Shown one piece after another: positions 42,305 through 56,450 of a DNA stretch of 64,000 bases. The DNA is from Eledone cirrhosa (taxonomy: Eukaryota). A program made the position numbers and the translations under genes. Each line of letters begins with the position of its first letter. Within the stretch, counting starts at the first letter, position 1. The stretch is taken from positions 204,166,001 to 204,230,000 of the forward strand of contig OZ024742.1 of assembly GCA_964016885.1 (NCBI GenBank), read 5' to 3'. The notes beneath the pieces are model-generated. The model was not told the DNA's origin and made no database searches. It saw nothing but the letters and a program-made list of their open reading frames with translations.

Positions 42305-42833
42305 TATGTATACGTACATACATATATGTATACAGACGTACAGTAGTATGTATATATATACATACATGCGCACATATATATATAGATGTACGTATGGATT
42401 TACCGAACATTAATTATAATGCTCGGTTTGTTTGTAAACAAACATCCCGAATTAAGCCGTACAGTATTTAGCAACCATCGTTGCCCTTTTGTTCAACACT
42501 GACAAGGGAACGATGTACTAGTTTCAAGCTTATTAGCTATCGTCAGCACCGTATACCTTCCTGCCAGATGATTGAACGTCTAAAAGTATATACTTTCCAA
42601 CGATGGTTGCTAAACACTGTACGGCTTAATTCGGGTTGTTTGTTTACAAACAAACCGAGCATTATAATAAATGTTCGGTAAATCCATACGTACATATATA
42701 TATGTGTGCATGTATGTATATATATACATATTACTGTACGTCTGTATACATATATGTATGTACGTATACTACTTATATTTCAGTAACAGCCGTACTAAGA
42801 GTGGGAAATCAAATTTCGTTTCATTTCTTCCAT
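42300..42833. mobile_element. Family L fold-back copy
   Basis: 42300-42598 is followed by an inverted partial copy at 42599-42833; HHR at 42511. Confidence 0.85.
42511..42551 (-). ncRNA. Type I hammerhead ribozyme (family L)
   Basis: CGGTG CTGACGA tAGCT-aata-AGCTt GAAAC TA GTA CATCG. Confidence 0.9.
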
Positions 42834-43494
42834 TTATATATATATATATAACAGACGAATAGCCAAGATGAAAAGGTTAAGACATTTCTACAAGAATAAG
42901 CGGAAAAATATTGTGTGTGAGTGTCAGTCTGTTTCTGTGTGTGTGGGTATCTGTCTGTGTGTGCGTGCTTGTATGTCTGTGTCTGCCTCTGTGTGTGAGT
43001 GCTTGTGTGTGTGTGTCTGTCTGAGTGCCTGTGTGTGTATGTGTTTGTGAGTGTATATGTGCCTCTGTGTGTGTACGTGTGTTTGTGTGTCTGTCTGTCT
43101 GTCTGTCAGTGTGTGTCTGTTTCTGTGTGCGTGTATCTGTGTGTGTGGTGAGAACACATGATAAAGAGAACGATCGAATCTATGTTGATTGTGTGTACAT
43201 ATAAACTGAACTGCTATTCGATGGAATGAACGAATGTACGACAGTGTAGAATTCCCGAACACGGTGGTTGGAAAATGTCTGACCTACTTCAAAGAGAGAA
43301 TAGGCTTCCCTTTCATTTGAAAGAAGTCAATAAGTAGTTTGATGTTGTGAAATTTAATCTAAAACAGAAACTTCCATCACCATTTCCTAGTTTCCCTCGT
43401 GAATAACTAACTCACAGGAAATATCAAGATGACATCCTTTACAACTTTTTACTTAATGCAAGAAACTGGGAACACCGTAACCTCCTAGCATGTG

Positions 43495-43566
<72 letters not shown>

Positions 43567-43599
43567 TGTATGCGTGTGAGTGTGTGCGTGCGTGATTAA

Positions 43600-44130
43600 A
43601 GGTGGTGATGATTGCTGTGGGTGGAGGTGGCGGTGGAGGTGATGGTGTTGGCAACGGTAATGTTAGTGGTGGTCGTCGCCGTGGTGGTGGTTGTGGTTGT
43701 GATGGTGGTGATGGTGGTGGTGGTGGTGGTAGTGGTGGTGGCAGTGGTTATGTTAGTGGTGGTAGTGGTAGTGGTGGTGGTGGTGGTGGTGGTGGTGGTG
43801 GTGGCAGTCGTTATGTTGGTGGGATAGTGGTGGGTGATGATGGTGTTGCTGGTTGTGATGGTGGTGGTGGTGGTAGAGGTGATAGTGATGGTGGTGGCAG
43901 TTGTTATGTTGGTGGTGGTAGTGGTAGTGATGGTGGTGGTGGTGGTGGTGGCAGTGGTTATGTTGGTGAGATAGTGGTGGTGAGGTGGTGGTGGTGGAGC
44001 TGGCAGTGATTATGTTGGTGGTGTTGGTGGTTGTAATGGTGGTGATGATGGTTATGGTGCCAGTTATGTTTATGAGATAGTGGTGGTACTGTGATGGTGT
44101 TGGTGGTTGTAGTGGTACTGGGTGTGGCAG
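43600..44130. repeat. (GGT)n-rich low-complexity tract
   Basis: GGT trinucleotide array with higher-order repeats. Confidence 0.9.
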
Positions 44131-44830
44131 TGTTAAGAAGTAGAAGTGCGTCAATATTTTGCTACGTATATATATATATATATTCACACACACACACACA
44201 CTCGGGTCTCGAATAATCGCCGCCAACCCACCCACGTCGATTATTAATTTTTCAGATTTTGTCCACCACTTCTCTCCGCTCTTATTCCACCCCTACCCCG
44301 CTTATTTAATTTTGCTAATCTATCTTCGATGAAATTTTATTTTATGTGATAGAATTACTGCGACAATTAATTTCCTTTATACATTGAAAAACATTATACA
44401 TGACAAAAAATTTACATTACTAGAAATCCCAAACATTATAATATAAATAGGATGGGTTGGGGTCTCAATATGTAAAATAAACGACAAATTCTGGTGTTGC
44501 TTTTGAAACTATCAACGGAAACAACCTAGAAAAATTATCGATTTTCCACCTCTAGATTTGTAGTAATTAACTCCACCTACACTACAATTTAAATTTCAAA
44601 TGTTCCCAATATTTCTTAAGTGAGCCGGATGTTCACACTTTTAGATACAGGTTAAAATATAGCAATCAGAGGCCAAAGACGCCTTATGGTAATGGATAAC
44701 GCACTCGCATCCCAGAAATGGGCGGTTCGATTCCTCACAGATTCTTCTGTCCACTTTTTTCATGTTCTCGGGTACGATTTTCTCAACTGTATTTATAGTA
44801 ATCAGCTATTATTATAGTTATTTATATTAA

Positions 44831-46445
44831 GGGTGGTGGATTGGCAGTATCGGTAGAGGGTTGGACGCCATGCTTTGCAGCATGGAGTTACGGGCATTTA
44901 CGATCTGAGTTCAAATCCCGCCGAGGTTAACTTTGCCTTTCATCCTTACGGGGTCGATAAAATAAAGTACCAGTAATACACTGGTTAATTGCTGGCATTG
45001 TGCCAAAAGTAGAAACAATTATAGTTATTTACATTGGAATTTTTAAATTTTAAATACACACGCATACCCAGATCCACGCACACACATTATATATATATAT
45101 GTATATATATTATTCAAAATATTAATAATGAAAAATATTCTCATAATCAAAATATATATTTTATTATACATATTTCAAAGGTACAATGGTGTTTAAGTAC
45201 GTTTTCATCAGACAAAATATAAGATTTGATATGTGACATACCGCTACGGTTTTGATTATTCAATTACGGTAGTGGCGTTTTTATACCACAAATATTATGA
45301 TAAACTTAGAGAAGAAGGGGACGTAGAGCAAGATAGAAATATAGAAGGGGGATGCAAAGAAAAGGAAAAGGCGAGAAATAAACCAATAAATAAATAAATA
45401 AATAAATGAATAAAAGAAGAAAAAAAGATGTAAGAGAAAAAAGGGGAATAAAAACAAAAGAAAGGGAAGATGTGGGGAAAAAAACGAAAAAAACGAAGGC
45501 GAATAAAGAAAAACGAAGAAGAGGAAAAGGAAAGGATGAAATAGAGGGGAGGATAAAAAATCGTTGTATTCAAATGCTAGACAAAATTAGAAATCAAAAA
45601 TTTACATATACCAGTGAATATCACTTGTATTGGATTACGCTTTAGCTAATTATACGTTTATATTATATCCAGATTATTAGGTATAGATTACTTTCTATAG
45701 CAATCAAATATTTAAGTTAATTACACATTTATATGCTTAAATTAATTTAATTTAATTTAGCTCATTCTAGATTATTATATTTTTTTTATTATAAGGTAAG
45801 ATATTCTATTAATATTATACTACAACCTTAAAAGAATTTATCTTTAAAGCCTAATTAAATAATTATTAAATATGTATTAAAATACAATTGTTTCTACTTT
45901 TGGCACAAGGCCAGCAATTACTCAGTCCATTACTGGTACTTTATTTTATCGACCCCGTAAGGATCAAAGGCAAAGTTAAGCTCAGCGGGATTTGAACTCA
46001 GAATGGAAAGGGGGCGTAACTCTATGCGTCAAAGCATGGAGTCCGACCCTCTACTGATACTGCCAATCCTCATCATTATACAGTATATAATATATTTTGT
46101 TCCTTTATTATCTTAATTAATTTAAAATTTAGAAATTCACATTTTTTGAAAACTTTGTTATTTTTTAATTTTCATTTATTTCTTAGAAACCAACTGTGGT
46201 TATATTTACTCTCTATAATATTATTTCATTATATTTACTTCATTATATTTACTTCTGTATTTAATTATTCTGATATATATAGTTTCCTTTTAATGATAGC
46301 CTATGTATTATTAAACTATTAATCATTATTTATCAAATCCCGCCGAGGTTAACTTTGCCTTTCATCCTTACGGGGTCGATAAAATAAAGTACCTGTAATG
46401 TACTGGTGGATTGCTGGCCTTGTGCCTAAAGTAGAAACAATTATT
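44831..46445. mobile_element. Three SINE copies (44831-45020 +, 45886-46070 -, 46335-46445 +)
   Basis: Matches to the SINE consensus. Confidence 0.85.
45157..45219 (-). ncRNA. Type I hammerhead (family P)
   Basis: TATTTTGT CTGATGA aaacGTAC...GTACcttt GAAA TATGT ATA ATAAAATA. Confidence 0.8.
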
Positions 46446-46758
46446 TATTAATCCATATTTTATATTTTATATATGCTTTTTCAAGCTAATAAAAAAAAAT
46501 TTACGGACAATGTAAACAAAAGGAAGATAACTATATATAGAAGTCAATTGACTTTCCTCAAATCGGACCGGGGATACAACGTTTCCATTGGTCTTTCCTA
46601 TTGATAATACTATCTATCGGTCGCAACTCCGGATAGAAGGAGCAACGCAAACTAAATTCTCTTGTTCAAGGACATAACGAATCTAACTCACAACCTCACG
46701 ATTATGAAGCCTATTCTCTACCCACTCAACCACACGCCTTCACACACACACACTCACA

Positions 46759-46859
<101 letters not shown>

Positions 46860-47044
46860 TTGCAAGGTTTTTGATATGATATCGTGTGTTGAAACAAATA
46901 TTGTTATATTTGGGTAAGGTCATATTGTTATAATATTGCCACAAATATCCTTTATATCTCCATAGTTAATTTATCTGGCAATCAATGTTTATCATTGATT
47001 GACCAACGGTTAAATATACAGATATAAATATATACATATAGTCT

Positions 47045-47086
47045 ATTAAAGGTCTTTGATCACACATCTGTGACATCATCAGTGGT
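47045..47086 (-). ncRNA. Degenerate hammerhead (family M-related)
   Basis: CTGATGA tGTCAC-agatgt-GTGAT CAAA GACC TT, inside the inverted-repeat element at about 46880-47280. Confidence 0.5.
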
Positions 47087-47458
47087 ACTATTATGTTTCC
47101 TCCCATTGTATTGTAATGTCTACGCTATTTTTTCAATGATAAACATTGATTGCCAGATAAATTAATTATGGAGATATAAAGGATACAGAAGCGAAAACCA
47201 ATCCAAACCAAACAGTGAGTGTTTTATTATTATTTTTGGCAATATTATAACAATATGACCCTCCCCAAATATAACAATATATATATCGGTTCGACCAAAA
47301 GGGGATCGATAAAATAAATACCAGATTTGAAAACAAAATAAGTACGAGAGATCGATATGATCGATTAAATCAAGAGAGGGGGAGAGAGAGGGGTAGACAG
47401 ACAGTCAGACAAACAGTCAGACAGATAGATAGACAGACAGATAAATAGATAGATAGAT

Positions 47459-49050
47459 TTCTTTATTTACCACAAGGGCGCACAAGAAAAGGGAACAATA
47501 CAAAGACACATGCCGGGGATTTTACATACAGTCGTGTAAAAAATATAAAACAAACAATTATAACAATCGAAATCCCCAATAGGAGGGAGACGCCACAAAT
47601 GGGTTGTTTAACACCCTGTCGATAGAACAACCCTCAACTTCAGGAGCGTGTTGTGCAAGTGCCCCTTTCTTCCTTTTGCTCTCTTCTTTAACCTACAGGC
47701 TTATAAACAGAGAAGGCCCCAATCACTCGGGCCATTTTCGCTTCATTCACCCACCTTTCAGTAAATTTACTGGGGTGCAGTACCTCTCTCTCCACTCTGA
47801 TTCTCCTTCTAAAGTGATACTTATAGAAGGGAATCAATTGTTGTCCGGTGAGAAAGGCATCTGTCCTCAGTCCTTTCAATCTCATCCAGCATATAACTTC
47901 TTTCACCATAGCCACCGTACATAGAAAAACCGCCTCTCTTTCGTTTTTGAAAGAGGCTGGCGGTTTGATCCTTACTATAGACTCGGAAGTCAACTGGATT
48001 TGTCCCATACGCGCCAGCAGTTGTTCTGCGTAGTTCCACAGGTCGCTTACGCTCGGACAGTGTACAATTGCGTGCAGGACGGTTTCAATGTCCTGCTCGC
48101 ATCTTGAAGGATCCCTGCCGGGGCGTCCGTTTCTGTAGATCTTATCTCGAACGGGTAGAGCTCCTCGGTAACACTGCCAGGCCAGGGACCTCTGGAAGTT
48201 GTCCATAGATCCCGGGCGGAAAGTCCTACCGAACAGACTGGTGAGCTCGTCGTCTTCGACGCCTAGAGTCTCTCCGAGCACGTCGTCGCACTTGTAAAGT
48301 ACTAACCCTCTATAGAATGTCGAAGTGGAGTCTCCGCTGATTGCTGTGCCCGCTTGACAGAGGACTGTGAGCGCCTAGGCGCAATCAAAGTCTTCGCTTG
48401 ACCCAGGACTGCAGCTCCGTCAGCGAGACAAGTTGTGGGAAGGCCTGTCTCACAAACGGTGCCCACACCGGTTGGTCGGTGAGGAATACCTGAAGATGCC
48501 GTAGCCTCAGCGCATGTTTGCGCATCATTAGCCATGGCATGCCCAGCTCTCCGTTGGAAGGGTGTTGACAAGTGACGGATCTCCTCAGTGAAGCCTCAGT
48601 GGAGCCTGCTTCTTCCACAGGAACTGGAAGAGCATGCGTTACATCTTGGTGAGGTATTCACGAGGACAAGGCACGACAGTCAAGCGGTAGTAGATGACAG
48701 ACGCTATGAAAGTGTTCGCCACCTCCGCTCGACCATTCAAAGACAGTTTGCACTCTGCCCACTTCTGGGTGAGCGCAAATACCTTGGCCATGACCTCGTT
48801 CCAGTTTTTCTCCACCTGGAGGTTTGCACCGAACCAGACCTCGAGCAATTTCACCGTTCCGAGTTGCAAACCGACAGGCTTGTCCGGGTTCAGTTTTGTT
48901 CTTGTGAACCTTTCGTATTCCTGTAGTAGGTTGCCGATTACCTCGATTTCCGAGGTTTTCGATACCATTACCGTAACATTTTCGCAGTCCCGGTTCTAAA
49001 GGGATGCCCTCCAAAAGCTCCAACTTCCGCAGTAATGGCTCTAGAGTAGA
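47459..49050 (-). mobile_element. 5'-truncated Tx1/L1-clade LINE, relative of the adjacent copy
   Basis: Degenerate ORF2 3' part (TLEPLLRKLE..., RAEVAN, FQRSLAWQCYRGALPVR, ETVLHAIVHC). Same 3' terminus (+ strand tttctttatttacca), abutting (GATA/GACA)n. Confidence 0.9.
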
Positions 49051-49273
49051 TAGATATATTTCTTTATTTACCATAAAGGCATAAAAAGAAGGGACAAATA
49101 CAAAGGGGGAGTTTACATACAATCGAGTTAAAAGGGTATAAAATGAAAATAATCGAAAACAACCTCAAAAGGGAGGGGACGTGATGGGGGTTGCACACAC
49201 CCCCGAAAAAGTGTGCAATCCTTTGCCCGGGGAGCACATGGAGAAGGTGCTCCCCTCTCCTTCACTTCTTTAC

Positions 49274-52200
49274 CTACAGGATGGTATACAGAGAAGGCCC
49301 ATTTACACGAGCCATTCTCGCCACTATCACCCACCTTTCATAAATCTGCCTGTGGCCAAGCACCTCTCTCTCCATTCTTATCCTTCTTCCGAAGTGATAT
49401 CGGAAGAAGTAGACCAGACTATGGCCAGAGAGGAAGTTGCCTGACCTCAGACCTTTCAATCGTGTCCACCAAACAACCTCTTTCAACATGGCTATTACGC
49501 ACAGAAAAACCGCCTTTGCTTCCTTTGTGAAGAGGGGAGGCGGTTTGATTGTCATCACGGACTCGGCGGTCAATTGAATCGGCGCCACCCGCGACAGCAG
49601 TCGTTCGGCGTAGCCCCACAGATCAGCCACGCCCGGACATTGCACCAATGCGTGCGCAACGGTTTCTTCGAGACGCACGCATCTAGGGCAAATCTTTTTC
49701 GAGGGATCCCTGCCCGGGCGCCCGTGTCTGTAGAGCCTCTCTCGAACGGGTAGAGCCCCCCGGTAGCACTGCTAGGCTAGTGACTTCTGGAAGTTGTCCA
49801 TTGGTCCCGGGCCGAAAGTCCTACCGAACAGGCTGGCCAGTTCGTCCTCTTCCATGTCCAGCGACTCTCCAAGGGTGTCATCGCCCCTGCTAGCCACCAG
49901 CCCTCTATAGAATGATGAGGTGGATTCTCCACCGATGGCCTGGCCCGCTTGCCAGAGAGCCCTGAGCGCCTGAGCACACTCAGTGTGCCAGTCTCCCAGT
50001 TTCCGGATCTTTGCTTGACCCAGGACTGCAGCTCGGTGAGCGAGACGAGTCTCGGAAAGGCTCGTTTTACGAACGGAGCCCACACCGGTTGACCAGTGAG
50101 GAATACCTGTAGGTGCCGTAGCCTTAATGCGTGCCTACGCATCATCAACCACGGCATCTCCAGCCCTCCTTTCGAAGGTTGTTGGCAGCAGATGGATCTT
50201 CTCACCATAGGAGGGCGCTTCTTCCAAAGAAATTGGAAGAGCATGCGTTCCATGGTGGTGAGTGTTTCCTTAGGGCAAGGCACGACAGTCAGGCGGTAGT
50301 AAGTGACGGACGCTATGTAAATGTTCGCCACCTCCGCCCGGCCTTTTAGGGACAGCTTACACTTGGCCCATTTCGGGGTTAGTGCAAACACCTTGTTCGT
50401 AACCTCGTCCCAGTTCTTTTCCACCTGGAGGTCCGGTCCAAACCAGACCCCAAGCAACTTTACCGGGCCCTCCGTCCAGTGTCCGACGACACCGTCGGGA
50501 GGCATCGGTCTGCCTCTCCACGTTCCGAGTTGCAGCCCGATGGATTTTTCCCGGTTCAGTTTCGCTCCTGACAACCTTTCGGAATCCTCCAGTAAGGTAC
50601 CGATCGCCTCGATCTCCGAGTCGGTCGATACCATTACTGTTACGTCATCGGCGTAGGCCGACACCGCTTTGCTCAATCCTGGTTCCAGGGGGATACCCTG
50701 CAACAACTCTAACTTCCTCAGTAAAGGCTCGAGAGTCAATACGTACAGAAGGGAGGAGAGAGGGCACCCCTGTCGAATGGATCGTGTGATTTCGAACGGC
50801 TTCGAAAGGTAGCCGTTCACCTTGATCCTAGAACAGATGTGGTTGCTATGTAAGGCAGTGATCCAGCCTCTGAAAACAGGACCGAACCCAGCCGCCGCTA
50901 GCACCGCATCCAGGTAACCATGGTCGACCCTATCGAAGGCCTTAGACTGATCCAAGTTGATCAGGGCCCCACCGAAGCCGGGTTTGTTGCCAACCCTCTC
51001 TATGATGTATCGCATGAGGTGGAGGTTATCGTGAATGGACCTGGATGGGATAGCACATGTCTGCGCATCTCCCACCAGGCTACCCACGACAAGCGCCAAC
51101 CTCTTTGCTAACACCTTGGCCAAAATCTTTAACTCTGTGTTTAGCAAGGTTATGGGCCGAAAATTATTTATACTATCCCCCTTGTTCTCGTCCTTCCTCA
51201 CCAGCCAGACTACGCCCTTGGCTACAGAACAAGGAATTCTCCCGTTCTGCTGCCAATTGCAGTAGACCTCTTCGAGGAGTTCGGAGAAGAAGACTGGCAT
51301 TGCTAAATAAAGTTCGTAAGGTATACCATCGAGACCTGGAGATTTGCGTCTGCTGCATTGGCTCAGCGCATCTCCGATCTCATCAGCCGAGATTGGTCCC
51401 TCGCAGGACTCTGCCTCTTCGCTCGAGAGACGCGGCAGGCCGTCGAGGTATGGACCGAAATCCACGTCCCCGCCCGGACCCTCGCCTCCCCCGAATAATC
51501 GGGCAAAGTGCCTTTGAAAGGCCTCGCACATCTGCTTAGGCTCCCGGATCACCCGTCCATCCTCGTCTTGCAACGACCGGATGGTGGATCGATTTCCACT
51601 CTTAGCTTCTGTCGCGCGGGCCCAGCCAACGGCTTTGGCCCCCTCATTACCTAGAGCACGTATTTTACTTCGAATGACGCAGCCTTCGTGCTTTGCATCG
51701 AAAAACTGGTTCAAGGCCGTCCTCGATGCCAGCACTCTGGCCACATCTTCGCTCTTGATTGCCTCTTCTAATTTACCTGTTAATTCTTTCTCGTCTCTAT
51801 TCCTATCGGCAGCTAACATCTTGCTATAACTTATTGATTCTGTTCTAATCTCTCTTTTGAGAGATGCCCACCATCGGTTGTTGACGATTGCACCCGTCAA
51901 CCTCTCCTTAACTAATCTGCTAATCCAGTTTCTGTAAGTCTCTTTTGCCGGTAAAGACAAATTAAGTTTCCAGTAACCGGGACCCTGTTTATGTGTTTTC
52001 TCGAGATTGACTACGCAGGTCACTAATTTGTGATCCGTATAGCCAACCGTGCGCATTTCTGGACAGCTTAATATGTCCCTATCCTTATTTCTAACTAAGA
52101 ATCTATCTAAGTACGATCTAGATTGACCACTGTGGTTTCTCCAAGTCCAGGTAGGCACAGTTGGAAAATCTAGTCGATTTCTATCGACCAAGTTAAAACG

Positions 52201-52709
52201 GTCGAGTAACCCCTTGAGGCTGTTACACCCCCTCTATTAGGACATGCTCCTGCATAGTCCCAACGTGCATCTAGGATGTCATTCCAATCCCCCGCTAGAA
52301 GCAGGGAACGCGACATTCCCAGAAAAGTCTCCAAACGCTGGAAGAAGTCGGGCCGTTCAGCTCCGAAAGGGGAGTAGACGGCGACCAGTCTCAAGGCCGC
52401 ACCTTCACTACTGCCAACGTCTAGCACCAACAAACGACCCTCCGGGTCCGAGTGAACAACCTGTACGGCAAGACCCAGATGTTTTTGCAGCAGTACGACA
52501 ACCCCACCCCCACCTCCAGGTTGACAGAGAGATGCATGCACCTCAAAGTCATCGAAGGTAGGGGCCAGCTGCCGCACGACGCTGATCCGAGTCTCACAGA
52601 TAACCATTACATTTATACCACATGACCTGAGGTCATTTAGAAGCTTTGCTTGCTTCCAAGTTGAGCCCAGGCCACGTGCATTCAAACATCCTACTCTTAA
52701 CACATCCAT
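49274..52709 (-). pseudogene. LINE ORF2 (APE endonuclease + reverse transcriptase), frameshifted
   Basis: LNARGL, ICET, GDWN, SYLDRF, TDH (APE); KSPGLDG, FRPITLLN, LDQSKAFDRVDH, RQGCPLS, AYADDV (RT); ETVAHALVQC at the C-terminus. Confidence 0.93.
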
Positions 52710-52742
52710 GTGGGCGGCAGAGCCAAAGGAGAGTGTAGAGAC

Positions 52743-54457
52743 CTACCTTTCTGCTTCCCGGGGTTCGGGTCGCACGACTTCCATGGGGTCGGGGGTGTTG
52801 GGTGAAGGGGTGTCTTGTGGTGGTGTGGGGTCGTCAGTGTGTGGTGGGGTTGGGGTGTTTGGAGTTGTGTTGGGGAGGGGAAGGGGAGGGGGAAAGCTTT
52901 TTAGTAGGACGCGGTTTATGGGTTTGACAGAGGGTGGTCCTACGTCCTCCTTAAAATCCTTTTTTAGTTTTTGGTAGAGGTTCATTGGGATCTTTATTAA
53001 TTTTAAATGTGGGTAGTTTTCTGAAGAAACAAAGTTTACACCTTCGGTTTGTACCGAAGGATTATTGTTTATGAGTTCATTTAATTTATTATTGTTTCTG
53101 TTGATGTAAGTATAGTGTAATGTCTTTTTTTCGGATGGTGTGAGTGTTTCGAAGAGGGGAGGGGCAGGTTTGGCTTTGTTTGTTGCTGGAGGGGTGTTTT
53201 GTGTTTTGTTGGATTGTGTTGACATTTGGGTGGGGGTTGTTTGGCCTTGTGTGTTTTGCACATGTTTTCTTTTTTTCCTTTTAATCTGTCTGAAGGACTC
53301 CGTTTCTTCCTCCGAATTCGTTGGGTTATCTTCAGTGTTGGAGGGAAGAGGTATGTTTGCTGGTAATGTTTCCGTGTTGGTTTTCTTTGTGGGGGAGATG
53401 GATGTCACTATGTTAGACTGTGTTGTGTGTTGTGGCTGCGGTGGTTGTGTTGTTTTATTGAGTGAGGGGTTGGGTGGGCCTGTATTTTGTTTTGGGGTAA
53501 TGTGTTGTGACTGTTTGTGTTGTGGTGGTGGTGTAGTTTTACTGAGGGACGGGTTGGGTGGGACTGAGTTTTGTTGTTTGTTTATCTGTTGTGGTGGTGG
53601 TGGTGGAGCTGGTGTTGGTAGCAGGGTTTTCTTTTTGTTGAGTTGGGGACAAGCGGCCTTCAGGTGCCCTCTGCCTGCACAGATATGACAGGACGGCCTT
53701 CTCCCCTCCACGCTAATGTTTATATACCCGTGGCCCTCTAATAGGATTCTGTCGGGTATTTGGGCGATGCGTTCAGGCTTCATTTGCACTACAAGTTCTA
53801 TACCTGTTCCACTGAACGCATTGCCTGTGGTTTTCCCAGTGGAAATCACGTTGTCATTCACTGGATCGATGAAGCCAGTTATGAGCCAGCAGTAGTCCAC
53901 ATCTGGCATCATTGCATCCAGCCATATGCGTTGAGTTCTTTTACCCATATAAGATGGATAAAAGGTAAAATTTTTCGAACGAATCGGTGACAAAGCAGAT
54001 TTTTTGCCGCCGATTCGTACTTCATAATAATCGCTAGGCTTCCATACAGTCTGTCTTTTCTTATGAAAGTGGTTTCATTAAGTACTTCTGTAAGTACTGT
54101 TTTGATTTCTGTTTGAGTTGGCTGTTCAGGTTTTTTAGAAGTGTGGAAAACGACCGTTCGACTTTCAATGTCTTTGATGAGTTCTTGAGGCATTTTTACC
54201 GATAAAATACCATTCTCTCCTTCAGTTATATATTGTTTGGCGTCTGCAATTCTTTGTGCCACATCTGAAATATTTTCAGGTATATATGTCAAAGATTTCT
54301 TTGTTGTTTGTGCAAATGAAATATTATTGGTGTTGACTTTGTCGTCTGCTTTGCTTTCTGTTATGATGTTGTTTTCAAATGTTATTTTTGTGTTTGTCGT
54401 GTCTTTGTTTGTGGTATTAATATTGTCATGCAATTTTTCAAATTTTTTTTTTTTCAT
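52743..54457 (-). pseudogene. LINE ORF1 (CCHC zinc knuckle, Pro/Thr-rich tail), one frameshift
   Basis: ORFs 53909-54457 and 52743-53993 overlap in different frames; CHICAGRGHLKAAC knuckle. Confidence 0.85.
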
Positions 54458-54869
54458 GTCCAGATTTGTGTTTTCGTCATTTTTCTCCGCAGATTCGTCT
54501 GTTTTTATTTTATTTTTTCCTTCCTTCTCTATGACGTTAGTTGGGAAGCAAGGGGGAGACTAAAGCGTGCGAGCTTACAACTCTTACCGCTGTCCCCCCA
54601 CCACTATTTTCGTTAGCTTCGTTTAACATTTCTGTCAGATTGAAATTTTTTATGCCACAAAATTTTTAAAAACAGGTTTTTCACCCCTAGGAGGGGTAAA
54701 GATGAGTTGACCCACCGCCTGACAGTTCAGACGGGGGTCAAACTACACAATAGTATCAAAATTAAAATTGAACTTACAAAATTTCCGCAATAAATTTGAA
54801 CAAAACTTCTGCGCGAAGTGAATTACATCTACACTGTAGAACAGACGACAGCTAGATTCTGCTCTAGAG

Positions 54870-54989
<120 letters not shown>

Positions 54990-55129
54990 TTGATAGATAG
55001 ATAGAATGTTATTATATACTGCTATTGTAGTGAAGTTATTTTACTACACTGTCAGAAATGGGTTAACTCTTTTAAAACATACGAATCTAGAATTTGAAAT
55101 TGATTACATTATTGTTGTTATTATTGATT

Positions 55130-55940
55130 AGTTTTGCCTTCCATCCTTACAGGCTCGATAAAATAAAGTACCAGTCATTCACTGGGATAATTGCTGGCCT
55201 TGTGCCAAAAGTAGAAACAATTATTAGTTAGGCGGTGAATTGCCAGTATCGGTAGAGGGTCGGACATGCTTTCCAGCATAGTTACGTCCCTTTATGATCC
55301 GAGTTCAAATCCCGCCGAGGTTAACTTTGCCTTTCATCCATACGGGGTCGATAAAATAAAGTACCAGTAATGTACTGGGTAATTGCTGACCTTGTGCCAA
55401 AAAGTAGAAGCAATTATTAGTTAGGCGGTCGATTCGCAGTATCGGTAGAGAGTTGGACGCCATGCTTAGCATCAAGAGTTACGGCCCTTTACGGTTTGAG
55501 TTCAACTCCCGCCGAGGTTAACTTTGCCTTTCATCCTTACAGGGTCGGTAAAATAAAGTACCAGTAATATACTGGGTAATTGCTGGCCTTGTGCCAAAAG
55601 TAGAAACAGTTATTAGTTAGGCGGTGGATTGGCAGTATCGGTAGAGGGTTGGGCGCCATGCTTAGCAGCATAGAGTTACGGCCCTTTACGGTCCGAGTTC
55701 AAATCCCGCCGAGGTTAACTTTACCTTTCATCCTTACGGGGTCGATAAAAATAAGGTACCAGTAATGCACTGGGATAATTGCTGGCCTTGTGCCAAAAGT
55801 AGAAACAATTATTACTTAGTTTGCCTTTCATCATTACGTGGTGGGTAAAATAAAGTACCAGTAACGCGCTGGGGTCGCTTTATTCGACGTTCGCCTTCGC
55901 TGCAAATTGCTAGCCTTGTGCCAAACGTAGAAACAATTAC
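55130..55940 (+). mobile_element. Head-to-tail array of about 5 tRNA-derived SINE copies (~195-bp unit)
   Basis: Repeated GGCGGTGGATTGGCAGTATCGGTAGAG (A box), GAGTTCAAATCCC (B box), GCCTTTCATCCTTACGGGGTCGATAAAATAAAGTACCAG, ending GAAACAATTATTA. Confidence 0.9.
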
Positions 55941-56135
55941 TATTCAGCTGTTGGATGTAATGTAGAAAGCTGTGCGATAATATTTGGTGAGGAAGATGGA
56001 GAGGTAGCTCACTAGATAGGATAAATACCTTTCAGTGTTCATCATGTAATTACTTGTTTCTGTATGCCAAATATTGTGGCTTCTCTTCACCTTCAATTTG
56101 GCTACATTTTCATCACGACAACATCTCTCTCTCTC

Positions 56136-56219
<84 letters not shown>

Positions 56220-56232
56220 GCTCGCTCTCTCT

Positions 56233-56271
<39 letters not shown>

Positions 56272-56414
56272 AAAGAATAGAGGTGTAACACACAAGTTAT
56301 GATATATTGGTAAACGGAATAGAAAATGTTGACAAAATTGTTCAGTGAAAAATAGTTTAATTAGGAATAAGTGAGAATTAGTAATAGTATTGGTTGTTAG
56401 TATTCAGTTTTGGT

Positions 56415-56450
56415 TTTTACCGGTTGCGCATTTCTAATGCTTTTCAAAAA
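56415..56450 (-). ncRNA. Hammerhead-like motif (family Q)
   Basis: TTT TTGAAAA GCATT-aga-AATGC GCAAC CG GTA AAA. Confidence 0.58.

Larger units (their letters stand above)
49057..54860 (-). mobile_element. Near full-length Tx1/L1-clade LINE
   Basis: ORF1, APE endonuclease, RT, C-terminal domain and a 3' end with AATAAA. Flanked by the direct repeat GCTCTAGAGTAGATAGATA at about 49038 and 54861. Confidence 0.93.

Noticed and set aside
43602-44235. Gly-rich, Val-rich and His-rich ORFs
   Set aside because: Frames of a (GGT)n tract with no clear splice context.
55130-55940. tRNA gene cluster
   Set aside because: A and B boxes are too far apart, there is no cloverleaf, and each is followed by the SINE body.
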